63,591 nucleotides of DNA, taken from the NCBI GenBank assembly GCA_964347995.1, contig CAYGBA010000002.1, forward strand, positions 1 through 63,591, read 5' to 3'. The notes beneath the pieces were generated by a model, which saw only the letters and a list, made by a program, of their open reading frames with translations, searched no databases and was not told where the DNA came from. A program made the position numbers and the translations under genes. Below, one piece after another: positions 1 to 9,482 of this stretch (within the stretch, counting starts at the first letter, position 1; every line of letters begins with the position of its first letter). Source of the stretch: an uncultured Candidatus Bathyarchaeia archaeon (GTDB lineage Archaea; Thermoproteota; Bathyarchaeia; Bathyarchaeales; Bathyarchaeaceae).

Positions 1-90
1 ATAAATCGCCGCTACTCCAATAACAACACACAGTAGAGCAACAATTATGTAGGTTAGATTCTTACTCTTACGTTTCTCAGGCATATGCAT
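1..90 (-). CDS. partial CDS, N-terminus of a small membrane protein (continues beyond left edge)
   Basis: Minus-strand ATG at 90 (second ATG at 84) opens MHMPEKRKSKNLTYIIVALLCVVIGVAAIY with no stop before position 1. A basic stretch is followed by a hydrophobic helix. No family recognised. Confidence 0.3.
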   Translation of the reverse strand, partial: MHMPEKRKSKNLTYIIVALLCVVIGVAAIY

Positions 91-685
91 TCGATTCTAC
101 ACCAACCAGAAAATGAGCATATTTTTGTTTTGGTGAGAAAACATGACCATAGAATCTTTATTTTCAAGATACTATGAAAGAGCGTTTCGTATGAGATTAG
201 ACTACGCCTCATTTCTCATAACTTGTGGAAGAAACTACATGCATGCATAGAAAGAAGCATTGTGTTTACTTCATCCTTCGTTGATATTAGGGCTAGCTTT
301 GGATTTCTTTTGCGAAACTCCTTCTCTGACGTATTCAAAGGATAGGAGAACGAAAAGTGAAATTAGGAGGATAATAGGTATGGTTCTCTCAGATTCTTCA
401 ATGAAGAACCAAATTAATACGATTGCAACCAATATTGCCATAGCTACGGGCTGAAATATGTCTCTGGTGATATGCACCTTTTATCTCACTTGACAATACT
501 ATGTTTCACTCTCCATTTATCCCTTCCCTTCATTCATTATTGTTCATCTCGATTTTTGAACAATTCTTCTTTTTCTCTATTGTCTGCATGTAGAATACGT
601 GAAGCTTCTACTAAAGATTTAAGAAAGAAACTCTTATCAGTCTCTTACCTGCCAAAATATTGCTGGCCTAAGAAAGAAGAGACAA

Positions 686-907
686 TTGAGCATTCTTGGT
701 GATGATATGAACAGAAGAACATTCGGATACGTTCTGTTTGTAGTCATTGTAATTGTAATTCTTACATCGATGCCTTTCCTTGTAGGAAAGATTGACCCAA
801 TCTATCTCTTACTAATCATAATTGCCTTAGGATTGCTATGGCCTATTCTAAGAATGTACACGAGAAAAACCTCACAGCTGAAGAGAGAAGAGAATGTAGG
901 TACTTAA
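686..907 (+). CDS. small hypothetical membrane protein (73 aa, two hydrophobic helices)
   Basis: ORF track. The sequence FGYVLFVVIVIVILTSMPFLV...IYLLLIIIALGLLWPIL looks like two TM helices. No homology recognised. Confidence 0.3.
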   Translation: MSILGDDMNRRTFGYVLFVVIVIVILTSMPFLVGKIDPIYLLLIIIALGLLWPILRMYTRKTSQLKREENVGT

Positions 908-1297
908 CGAAACTATAATTCTACCAGTTCTCTATAGTAGCTAGTGGTCATCGTAGTTACTCTCGCAATGTTTTCTTACTCTTCTTTCAGCGGTTAGTAT
1001 TTTGTATGTATAAGTTCTCAACTGTTGAAATCTTCTTCTCTCTTCCCCTTTTCTAACTGATTTATATTATTTTGCGTGTTGAATATGATTTTAACCTTAT
1101 CGATAGTATTCACCTTAAAATTCCCTTAAACAGTTAGTCTATAATGCCTATTTTGAGCCTAGAACTATGTTTTCTCTTCTTTCTGTCGTGAAATTTTTAT
1201 CCACATAAGTGTTATTATAAGATAATAATCTTAATCCAGAAATTTGCTGCAACAGATCATAGACAAAATATACTTAGAAAAGGAGCTATTCTAACCA

Positions 1298-2503
1298 ATG
1301 ATGGTGGGCGTAGTTGGAAAGCCGAACACTGGAAAGTCCACCTTCTTCTCTGCCGCAACACTGGTTCCAGTCGAGGTTGCAAGCTACCCATTCACCACTA
1401 TAAAGCCTAACCGCGGCGTAGGTTACATTCGGACTCCATGTGTCTGTAGGGAGTTTAACGTGGAGGACAATCCCGTCAACTCAGTCTGTCTAGATGGCAT
1501 ACGACTAATCCCCGTAGAACTCATCGACTGTGCTGGACTTGTGCCAGGCGCCTGGCAGGGAAGGGGCCTCGGAAACCAGTTCCTAGACGAGATTCGGAAG
1601 GCAGACGCCCTCATACACATAGTAGACGCGGCTGGAGCAACAGACTCTGAAGGGAGGATGTGCGAGCCTGGAACCCACGATCCCATTGAGGATGTCAAGT
1701 TTTTGGAGAAGGAGATAACCATGTGGTTCTCTCAGATATTGAAGAGAGACTGGCCAAAACTCGCCAGGACAGCCGAGGCTGGCAAAAGCGATCTGGTTAG
1801 TCTGCTTGAGAACCGACTTAGCGGCTTGGCCATAAAGAGGAAGCATATACTCAAAGCTCTGAGAGAGACAGAGTTAAACGCGGATAAACCAACCACATGG
1901 TCCGACGATGAAATCATCAAATTCTTAGACGAGTTGAGGTCAGCTTCAAAGCCCACACTGATTGCTGCAAACAAAATAGACCTCCCCACAGCGGAGCAAA
2001 ACGTCGAGAGACTGAAAGAGTTGGACCACACCGTGATTCCGTGCTGTGCAGAAGCGGAACTCGCGCTGAGAAGGGCGGCTGAGAAGAAGCTGATCGATTA
2101 CAAGCCTGGAGACTGCAACTTCTCAATCCTGGCGCCTGAGAAGCTAAAAGAATCCCAAAAAAAGGCGTTGCAGACGGTCAAGGAAAAGATACTACAAAGG
2201 TATGGATCGACTGGTGTCCAAGAATCAATCAACATGGCTTTCTTCCAGCTGCTGAACATGATAGTCGTCTATCCAGTTGAGGATCTAGAACACCTCGCCG
2301 ACCATAAGGGCAAGGTGCTCCCCGACGCCTACATCGTTCCTTACGGAACAACGGCACGTCAACTGGCATATATAATCCACACAGAACTGGGAGAGAGTTT
2401 CATACATGCTGTTGAAGCCCGTGAAAAAAAGAGGATCGGAGAAAATTATGCACTGAAGGACAGAGATGTGATCTCCATAGTGAGCGCAAAAAAGAGGGGT
2501 TGA
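1298..2503 (+). CDS. ychF: Obg-family P-loop ATPase/GTPase, YchF/OLA1 type, with C-terminal TGS-like domain
   Basis: N-terminal G1 motif VGVVGKPNTGKSTFF, YPFTTIKPN (G2) and DCAGLV (G3). An AANKIDL NKxD-like motif and a C-terminal TGS-like end are present. AGGAG lies 12 nt upstream of the ATG. Confidence 0.8.
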   Translation: MMVGVVGKPNTGKSTFFSAATLVPVEVASYPFTTIKPNRGVGYIRTPCVCREFNVEDNPVNSVCLDGIRLIPVELIDCAGLVPGAWQGRGLGNQFLDEIRKADALIHIVDAAGATDSEGRMCEPGTHDPIEDVKFLEKEITMWFSQILKRDWPKLARTAEAGKSDLVSLLENRLSGLAIKRKHILKALRETELNADKPTTWSDDEIIKFLDELRSASKPTLIAANKIDLPTAEQNVERLKELDHTVIPCCAEAELALRRAAEKKLIDYKPGDCNFSILAPEKLKESQKKALQTVKEKILQRYGSTGVQESINMAFFQLLNMIVVYPVEDLEHLADHKGKVLPDAYIVPYGTTARQLAYIIHTELGESFIHAVEAREKKRIGENYALKDRDVISIVSAKKRG

Positions 2504-2524
2504 AATAGTCTTTTGCTCCTGTTT

Positions 2525-2949
2525 TCACTTCTCATCTGGCATATTCTGATGTTTCCCTTCTGATTGCCAGATATACGAACACGATTTTCTGTCCACTACT
2601 GGCGTTCCATCCACCATGTCAACCCCCTAACCTTCAGCACTCTTCCGCTCCTCTCCAGAAGCTCCACAACGGTGAAGCCTATTAGATTTGGTCTGTCCGG
2701 ATGCCTTGTTGCGAAGACATCCCGGATGTTTTCATGGTGTAAGGGCTTTACACGAACTGAATATCCCCTAGACTTGTGCAACAACCACAGAATTCAGAGA
2801 TGAGAAACTCCATCAATACTCTCTAGTCCAAGCTCACATTCTTTGAAAACCTCGATCTCACCAATTATAGACCTGCAATCACGCAGGACATCTCTCACAC
2901 TTTTGAAGGGAGAATGAACAATTCCAATTGGCTTGAATTCTATTTTCAT
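2525..2949 (-). pseudogene. decayed TrmO/TsaA-like (UPF0066) tRNA methyltransferase gene: in-frame TGA plus a frameshift
   Basis: The minus strand from ATG 2949 reads MKIEFKPIGIVHSPFKS...GLESIDGVSHL, then an in-frame TGA (2794-2796). It continues ILWLLHKS...VFATRHPDRPNLIGFTVVELLERSGRVLKVRGL. The expected C-terminus (DMVDGTPVVD...) is only readable after a 1-nt shift near 2612-2625. Confidence 0.65.
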
Positions 2950-3035
2950 TCTTGTTCCATTTTGTGGAACTAGAGTTTGATGATTGATTCAAGAATTTAC
3001 GAGAATGCTGACTTGACAGTTCTAATCATTAGATG

Positions 3036-4379
3036 CTAGTCTATGTTTATCTTCTTGAGATTTTGAAGACAGATGATTTTATGTTGCTCTATTTCAGTAG
3101 GTGAGATATAATTGTTGCACAAAGGGCACTTTACGTAGCCCAGTTTACGCAGCTTCGTTCTACGCTTCCGTTCCCAAGCAACTTGAAAAATCACCAAACT
3201 CACAATTCCCAAGACGAGGGTGTAAGGACCATAGACTTCTAGATAATTGATGGGTTTAACAGCGCTTCTCGCAATTTCTCTTGCTTGATAGGCAAGTGCG
3301 ATAGCCGTTTTATATTTTCCCTGTTTGTACACATTTATCGCTTGCTGAAGAAAGGATTCAGCTTGATCGAGACCTTGAGTTCTCCCGGTGGCGTTGGCTG
3401 TCTCAATATCCTCAAGGACACCGCAATAAAGTAGATACGTTGAAAAGCCAACTTCAGACCATATAGCAGCTGCAGTCGCAACATACCCCATGTAGAAATC
3501 CGGGTTATCGATATCTCTATTGTTCAAATCCCTGAATTGCCATGCGCCTAAATGGACATAAAAACCGTAATCGGATGTTTCATTAACTAGCAGAAATCGG
3601 ACTACGGCGCCAGGATATAATCTTTCGCTATCGAAAGAATAGGTGTATATGTCAAGTATCAGAAGATCTTTGAAGTCGGAAGCTTTTAAAGGTCTCACCG
3701 ACGTCGCGGTATAAACATCCCATAACTGCCGCCAATCTCTAAGAGACTGCCCGCCAAACCCGGATATTGTGGAGTAAGGACCGTCTGGAGTGGACAAACA
3801 GTCTATGTCGCCTTTTCCTATGTAGCTCATGAGTTCTTGAAAGCCTTTTTCCTCCCATGTTTCGATATCCCCATTTTGGTGTTGAACATAGTAGAAGGGG
3901 TAGCCGCCTAAGTGGATCCATGTCATCTGCCGATTTAACATTGCATCTGCTATCTTCCCAACCCACTCTTCTTTGGAGTATCCTTTTGGCACCGGGATGT
4001 ACTCACCATGAGTATTGATTACGACTATATCGGAACCGAACTCGACTAGCACCTCGTAGCCAGTCCAATCAGTTATGACAGCACAGATAGCATAAAATTC
4101 TACTTCTTTGAACTCTAACCCCCAAATTCCTTTGAAACCTAGAAGCACGCTAGTCTTGTTAATAGCAGCAGCTTCAAACACGCCTCTAACGATTTCGGAT
4201 GAATTTTCTACTCGATATGTGGCCACACCCTCTAACGCTACGACGTAAATTTTCAAATAGTTCTGACTGTCCTTTATGTCTGCTCTAGCTGACGCCACAG
4301 AGAATGTTGTTGGCAATAAATGCTCAAAAAGTACCAAACTTAGAAACAACGTTGATACGACAAATCTAAGGCGAGTCAT
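3036..4379 (-). CDS. hypothetical membrane-anchored protein: signal/anchor, large extracytoplasmic domain, C-terminal TM, cytoplasmic C2HC zinc finger
   Basis: The N-terminus MTRLRFVVSTLFLSLVLFEHLL is hydrophobic. A TM helix YTLVLGIVSLVIFQVAW is followed by ERKRRTKLRK and then CPLCNNYISPTEIEQHKIIC. No family recognised for the large domain. Confidence 0.5.
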   Translation of the reverse strand: MTRLRFVVSTLFLSLVLFEHLLPTTFSVASARADIKDSQNYLKIYVVALEGVATYRVENSSEIVRGVFEAAAINKTSVLLGFKGIWGLEFKEVEFYAICAVITDWTGYEVLVEFGSDIVVINTHGEYIPVPKGYSKEEWVGKIADAMLNRQMTWIHLGGYPFYYVQHQNGDIETWEEKGFQELMSYIGKGDIDCLSTPDGPYSTISGFGGQSLRDWRQLWDVYTATSVRPLKASDFKDLLILDIYTYSFDSERLYPGAVVRFLLVNETSDYGFYVHLGAWQFRDLNNRDIDNPDFYMGYVATAAAIWSEVGFSTYLLYCGVLEDIETANATGRTQGLDQAESFLQQAINVYKQGKYKTAIALAYQAREIARSAVKPINYLEVYGPYTLVLGIVSLVIFQVAWERKRRTKLRKLGYVKCPLCNNYISPTEIEQHKIICLQNLKKINID

Positions 4380-4518
4380 ACTATCAACATATCGAACGTC
4401 GCTTCATACGCAGTACATTTAGATTAATAATTCAAACTAAACGCTACAATTTGAGATTCAAAGAAAAATAAAGCATTCACCTTAAAAAATGTTACCTAAT
4501 GCATCTCAATTTAGAATC

Positions 4519-5301
4519 CTACTGACCAAAACGCCTCTTCCTCATCTGATAAGTTCTTATGGCCCTCAGCAGATCAATTTTACGAAACGCTGGCCAGTAT
4601 ACATCCAGAAAGCACAGCTCGCTGTAGGCAGACTGCCACAACAAAAACCCACTCAACCTCTCCTCACCAGAAGTCCGAACAATAAGGTCAGGATCCTGTT
4701 GAGGCATATGTGAAGTATAAAGATGCCTCTCAAAAACATTTTCATCAATCTCATCACTAGCTAAACGTCCACTCCTGACCTTTTGAGCAATCTTCCTAGC
4801 CGCATCAACAATCTCGGCCCTCCCACCGTAAGCCAGAGCCAGATTCAAAAAGTGCTCGTCATAATTCTTCGTCGCCATCTCGACCTGCTCAATCATTTCC
4901 TGTAGGCTCTCAGGCAGAAGATCAGACCGCCCAATGACCTTAACTCTTACCTTGTTCTTATGAATGCGCTCAGCCTTCAAAAGCTCACCTAACTTCTCTT
5001 CAGTGATCCGCATGATCTCATCCACCTCCTGAGAAGCACGTAGAAAATTCTCGGTGGAGAACGCATAAAGCGTAATTGATTTTACCCCAAGATCCATGCA
5101 CCAGTCAAGTAGATCCTCAGTCCTCTCAGCGCCATAGTGATGACCAACCCAAGGGTTCAACGAAAGCCCTGAAGCCCACCTGCGATTTCCATCTAAAATA
5201 ATAGCGATGTGCTCAGGCTTCCGCCCATTCTTAACTTGTTGCCATAGCCATTTCTCGTACAGCTTATAAACGCCAAGTATGGACAACAAAGTCTTAAGCA
5301 T
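4519..5301 (-). CDS. uppS: cis-prenyltransferase, undecaprenyl diphosphate synthase family
   Basis: HIAIILDGNRRWA motif, then YAFSTENF and the C-terminal RTSGEERLSGFLLWQSAYSEL. I place the start at ATG 5301 (MLKTLL...), overlapping the MTAP stop by 8 nt; the ORF-track start at 5361 lies inside MTAP. Confidence 0.85.
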   Translation of the reverse strand: MLKTLLSILGVYKLYEKWLWQQVKNGRKPEHIAIILDGNRRWASGLSLNPWVGHHYGAERTEDLLDWCMDLGVKSITLYAFSTENFLRASQEVDEIMRITEEKLGELLKAERIHKNKVRVKVIGRSDLLPESLQEMIEQVEMATKNYDEHFLNLALAYGGRAEIVDAARKIAQKVRSGRLASDEIDENVFERHLYTSHMPQQDPDLIVRTSGEERLSGFLLWQSAYSELCFLDVYWPAFRKIDLLRAIRTYQMRKRRFGQ

Positions 5302-6103
5302 CAGCTGACCTCCGTAGCCTCGCATCCTCAAGTGCGTGTGCACACGGACAGCCGCGATCATCTGGTAAGTCCTTGATCGCCTCTCTTAAGATTTGCCGAA
5401 TAACGGGCAGCTTCTCCTCGGCCACTTCGGTCACCTCGCTAGCTGTCAATCGTTCCTGCATACCTGCAGCCATGTTCGAAACGAAACACAATGTTGCATA
5501 ACATATTTCAAGCTCACGAGCAAGCACAGCCTCGGGTGCGCCTGTCATACCCACAACATCACAGCCCAACCGCTCAAACATCCCAATCTCAGCAGGAGTC
5601 TCATAGCGTGGGCCCTCAGTACAAACAAAAACTGCCCGATCCCAAACTCCTACATCATGCGGTTTCGCCGCCTTAATCAAAGACCTCCGAATCTCAGGAC
5701 AATAAGGCTGAGATACGTCAACGTGTGTCACAGGGGCATCGTCATAAAAAGTTGACCGCCGAAACTTTGTGAAATCCACTAGGTCATGTGGCACCACCAA
5801 GTCACCTAGACTGAGTTTCGTGTTTATGGCGCCTACCGCGTTAGTTGCAATGATTTGCTCGACGCCTAGCTGGTGTAGAGCATAGACATTAGCTTGATAG
5901 CTCACCTTGTGAGGGGGAATTGAGTGGTGAGTGCCGTGACGGGGTAGGAGCGCAATAGGTTTTTCATCGATTTTGCCCAGGTAGATTGGAGGAGGAAGTC
6001 CGTAGGGGGTTCCAATCCTAATCTGCCGCGCTTCCTTTAGCAGATCTTCGAGGCCCGTCCCACCGATTATTGCCACATTAACTTTTTTCTTTGAACTCTT
6101 CAA
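5294..6103 (-). CDS. mtnP: S-methyl-5'-thioadenosine phosphorylase (PNP/MTAP family)
   Basis: VAIIGGTGLEDLL, LPRHGTHHSIPPHKV, ATNAVGA and CTEGPRYETPAEI are typical MTAP motifs. An alternative GTG start at 6076 lies just after the upstream stop. Confidence 0.85.
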   Translation of the reverse strand: MKSSKKKVNVAIIGGTGLEDLLKEARQIRIGTPYGLPPPIYLGKIDEKPIALLPRHGTHHSIPPHKVSYQANVYALHQLGVEQIIATNAVGAINTKLSLGDLVVPHDLVDFTKFRRSTFYDDAPVTHVDVSQPYCPEIRRSLIKAAKPHDVGVWDRAVFVCTEGPRYETPAEIGMFERLGCDVVGMTGAPEAVLARELEICYATLCFVSNMAAGMQERLTASEVTEVAEEKLPVIRQILREAIKDLPDDRGCPCAHALEDARLRRSADA

Positions 6104-7277
6104 CCTCTTCTTCCTTCTCCCTGAAAAAGGAGGCGTATTTTCTATGCAACAGAAAGCTGATGAAAGCAGTCCCCACGGCTAATGGTATGCCTATGATTAT
6201 TGTGAAGACAAGTCCCACCGTATAAACCTCTTTCCCTGGAGAAATGAGAACCTGTGCCGCTTGAGAAAAGATCGTCCAAGACCACGCAACCACGACCACG
6301 ACCACGACGGTGCGCCACAGCCGTGAGTCGCGCTCGAAAAAAAAGCGGATCACTCTTCCAGAAAGAAGAACACAAATCCCTATCACGATTGCAAGTATCG
6401 ACTCTGAAATGAAGTGTCCAGTAAGCGTAGGTAGATATGAAAGCCATTGACCTAAGTCCACTGGAGGAGGCTCAAGTAGGGGTATGGCCTCTGTAGCAGA
6501 TACTCCTCCTAAATAGCAGCCGACCAGAACTAGTAAACCTCCCGCGACTGTGGAGAAGCCTGCGATTTGAACTCGAAGGGGGGGAGGAGAATACTCTCCC
6601 ACCCAATGGTAGAAGCCGCGCGCCCCTTTATCTATTCCGAACCCCTTTACCAACAGCAAAGCTCCCAAAACTATGAGAAAGGCTATCCCCGTGTAAACTA
6701 ACAGGTTGAACACGGAAAGGATGCCGAGGAGAATCAATAGAATTCCAGGAAGACCGAGTAAAATTCGAGAATAACGCGGGTTTTCTACAATCATTTTTAA
6801 GTAGCGGGAAAACAGTGCCGCGGTTTCTTCTATTGACTTGCTATGTTTCATCACGACTCTTCGAACGGATGTTATCGGCACTCTAGACTCGATTAGTGGT
6901 AGAATTGCCTCATCTGAATAGCCGTCGGTGACTAGTATTACATCGCTGGCTGGAAATTTTTCCAACACTTCCGTTAGCTGAGATACTACTTTTCTATCCG
7001 CTCCTACATTACCTATTTCGGAGCCGGTAATAGTTGCGATTTGATAATTTTGAGGAGTTTCAACTTCTTCTTGTCTTAGGCGGTCATATATTCTAACGGC
7101 CTCAAACATGGCATTCGCGTCAGGTTCCTCGGGGTCACGGAGAGCGAGACGCACGGCTGCTCTTAGGTTTGCTTCTCTTCCCAAGAGCGGGGTCTTTATT
7201 TCCGCCTTCACACCTAAGTCGTTGTCTCTGTCAACGCATAGGATAAGTACGTGTTCTTCCTTCTTGGCCTTCGGCAT
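6078..7277 (-). CDS. DUF373-family archaeal membrane protein
   Basis: Soluble N-terminal domain HVLILCVDRDNDLG...VILVTDGYSDE, followed by about 6 hydrophobic helices. This architecture matches archaeal DUF373. Confidence 0.6.
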   Translation of the reverse strand: MPKAKKEEHVLILCVDRDNDLGVKAEIKTPLLGREANLRAAVRLALRDPEEPDANAMFEAVRIYDRLRQEEVETPQNYQIATITGSEIGNVGADRKVVSQLTEVLEKFPASDVILVTDGYSDEAILPLIESRVPITSVRRVVMKHSKSIEETAALFSRYLKMIVENPRYSRILLGLPGILLILLGILSVFNLLVYTGIAFLIVLGALLLVKGFGIDKGARGFYHWVGEYSPPPLRVQIAGFSTVAGGLLVLVGCYLGGVSATEAIPLLEPPPVDLGQWLSYLPTLTGHFISESILAIVIGICVLLSGRVIRFFFERDSRLWRTVVVVVVVAWSWTIFSQAAQVLISPGKEVYTVGLVFTIIIGIPLAVGTAFISFLLHRKYASFFREKEEEVEEFKEKS

Positions 7278-7369
7278 CCCTACTTCTCCGGATGTTATTT
7301 GCTTTCGACTCTAATTTATTTTGTCTTTGTTTCTTTTTCGAGTTCTAAGGGTTGATAGTGCTTTGATGC

Positions 7370-8212
7370 TTATATGATGCCTTTTTCGGCGAGAGCCTCG
7401 AATTCGTCCAATGTTAGCTTCTCTCCGCGTTTCAATTTCTCTAAGGCTCTATCCTCTAATTCTTTACGGAGATCAAGTTCATGTCTAGCTTTGTTTTTCT
7501 CTTCTATTCGATGAATTTCTTCTCTGATGATGTCAATCTGCTGATGAAGACGTTCGGCTTTTTGCTTTGCTTCTAAGAATCTTTTGTGAGCTTTGTCTGC
7601 CTCATCGTGGAGAGGGGTAGCTTCATTCAAAGTCTCTAGCATCTCCTTGTGGAGTTGTTGACTCTGCTCTGCTAGTTCTAGGAGTTGTGTGTGGCAGTTT
7701 TTAGCTTGGGACTCAGATTCTTCCTTTTCAGTTCTATATTCGGTTAGATTGTTCTTCAGTTTCTGCAGTTTTTTGTGTATGAGGAGCTGGTTTTCTAAGG
7801 ATCTGACCTGATCAATCAGCGTTTCTTCTTCTTTGAGAGGTAGAGGTGTGGTTTGGATTCTCCACTCAAGCTTTTCGATCTCTGTTTGGAGGTCGTTCAT
7901 ATGTCTGGAAGGTCTTTTTTCCGTGAGAGTTTTGATTTCTTTTCTTGATGCGAGTATTTGAGCGTGCTTTTCTCTGCGCTTTTTGTTGGCTCCATCGCGT
8001 AGTGTCTTGAGCTCTTGGACTCTCTTGTTGAGTGTATTGCGTTTTTGTTTGAACTCGTGGGCCTTGTCCCGCAACTTTCTGATCTGTTTGTGAAGGGAAT
8101 TTCTCTTCCCAGCCCATTCTTTTGCTTCGGAGTTCAGCTTGTCGTACTCTTCTCTTATTTGAGAGAGCTTTTGATGTAGTCCCGCGATGTCTTTGCTGAG
8201 CGGCTCTGGCAA
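7370..8212 (-). CDS. archaeal coiled-coil protein (COG1340-like)
   Basis: 280 aa, K/E/L/Q-rich with heptad-like composition throughout (e.g. KLRDKAHEFKQKRNTLNKRVQELK). No enzymatic motif. Confidence 0.5.
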   Translation of the reverse strand: MPEPLSKDIAGLHQKLSQIREEYDKLNSEAKEWAGKRNSLHKQIRKLRDKAHEFKQKRNTLNKRVQELKTLRDGANKKRREKHAQILASRKEIKTLTEKRPSRHMNDLQTEIEKLEWRIQTTPLPLKEEETLIDQVRSLENQLLIHKKLQKLKNNLTEYRTEKEESESQAKNCHTQLLELAEQSQQLHKEMLETLNEATPLHDEADKAHKRFLEAKQKAERLHQQIDIIREEIHRIEEKNKARHELDLRKELEDRALEKLKRGEKLTLDEFEALAEKGII

Positions 8213-8331
8213 GCTCTCATCTTCCTTTTTCTGGCTTGACCCATCCTATGATTTTCTGAATTAACACTTGCCCTTTTTCCGAGGAAAATAGGGAGAGTTC
8301 CCAGTTCTCTTGTTCGGAATAGTTTGGACCC

Positions 8332-9048
8332 TTATTCGAGTATGATTCTTGCATCGACTGTTTTTGCTCCCTTCTCATAGACCATTATGGGATTGAGGTC
8401 AAGCTCTTTAATTTCTTGATGATCCGTAACCAGCTTTGAGGTTTTCAACAGAATGCTTACGATGGTGTCGACGTCTGCGGGAGGCTGGCCACGGTAGCCC
8501 TTGAGAAGCGGGTAAGCCTTCACTTCGGTGATCATCTCTCTGGCGTCTTGTTCCGTGATTGGGGCGATTCTGAAAGTCACATCCTCAAGAATCTCCACAA
8601 AGACCCCGCCGAGTCCGAACATCAGGGCTGGACCGAACTGGGGATCTTTTGTCGCTCCGATGATGACTTCGGTTGATTTTGGAGCCATCTCCTGAACGAG
8701 GATGCCTACAATCTCAGCATCTGCCTTGTGCTTCTTCACGTTTGACAGGATTTTTCTGTGGGCATCCTTCACTTCTTCAGGATTTTTGAGGTTTATTATG
8801 ACGCCGCCGACATCAGATTTGTGAAGGATATCGGGAGAGACTATCTTCAGAACCACTGGATAGCCGATATCGTTTGCAAACTTCAAGGTCTCTTCCTCTG
8901 TTTTTGCAACCCTAAATGCTGTGACAGGGATATCATACTCCATGCATATCGCTTTAGCCTCATGCTCAAGCAGAAAGTTTCTGCCTTCCTCACGAACCTC
9001 ATCGAATATGCGCGAGACCTTTTCCATAGATAAGCAACCCTTCAACAT
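8332..9048 (-). CDS. acdB: ADP-forming acetyl-CoA synthetase beta subunit / ATP-grasp domain protein
   Basis: LLEHEAKAICMEYDIPV, YPVVLKIVSPDILHKSDVGGV and ELDLNPIMV match the ATP-grasp module of archaeal ACD. The start may be the internal MEKVSRIF. Confidence 0.7.
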   Translation of the reverse strand: MLKGCLSMEKVSRIFDEVREEGRNFLLEHEAKAICMEYDIPVTAFRVAKTEEETLKFANDIGYPVVLKIVSPDILHKSDVGGVIINLKNPEEVKDAHRKILSNVKKHKADAEIVGILVQEMAPKSTEVIIGATKDPQFGPALMFGLGGVFVEILEDVTFRIAPITEQDAREMITEVKAYPLLKGYRGQPPADVDTIVSILLKTSKLVTDHQEIKELDLNPIMVYEKGAKTVDARIILE

Positions 9049-9120
9049 TAGGACTTAGGTGTGACTCCCTCTTCTAACTTTTTCGTATCGTTCATTTCAA
9101 AGTATTCATGGATATAGAAG

Positions 9121-9279
9121 TGGTCGGGCGGGCGGGATTTGAACCTGCGACACTCCGGTTTCTGCGTTGTGCGCTTGGTAGGCTGAATGATTATCTACCG
9201 TTGGTAGGCATCTACAGCGTCTCCGCCAGCCACTGTTGAGGCTGACTCGGAAGCTCTACCAAGCTGAGCTACCGCCCGC
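9121..9279 (-). tRNA. tRNA-Tyr(GUA) with two introns (about 29 nt at 30/31 and 52 nt at 37/38); CCA encoded
   Basis: Reverse complement: CGGGCGG-TA-GCTC-AGCTTGGTA-GAGC-T-TCCG [29 nt] GCTGTAG [52 nt] A-CCGGA-GTGTC-GCAGG-TTCAAAT-CCCGC-CCGCCCG-A-CCA. The spliced product has stem TCCGG/CCGGA and loop CUGUAGA. The C1-G72 pair fits archaeal tRNA-Tyr identity. Confidence 0.75.
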
Positions 9280-9482
9280 TACTGAACGAAGAAAAAAGAA
9301 ACTGAAACGAATATATTAACTTTAAACTCATAAAAGAAGTGGTCCCTATTTGCAGACTCCTCGTATGTGAATATGCATGCTTTTGATCCTGTAATATATT
9401 TCGCTAAGGAACACTGCTTTTAGGCTTTCATCGTTAAGGATGTTATGGACAGTTCTTTTGCAAGGAGCATAAGAGAGGATTC

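Noticed and set aside
260-477. Overlapping small ORFs at 260-454 (+) and 271-477 (-)
   Set aside because: They are mutually exclusive, short, and have no recognisable motifs or start context. The minus-strand one looks membrane-like, but I cannot support either as a gene.
2794-2796. In-frame TGA in the TrmO-like gene as selenocysteine or recoding
   Set aside because: TGA is used as an ordinary stop by neighbouring genes (e.g. hdrA, hdrC). The position is not a catalytic Cys in this family as far as I know. A second lesion (a frameshift) lies downstream. A pseudogene is more parsimonious.
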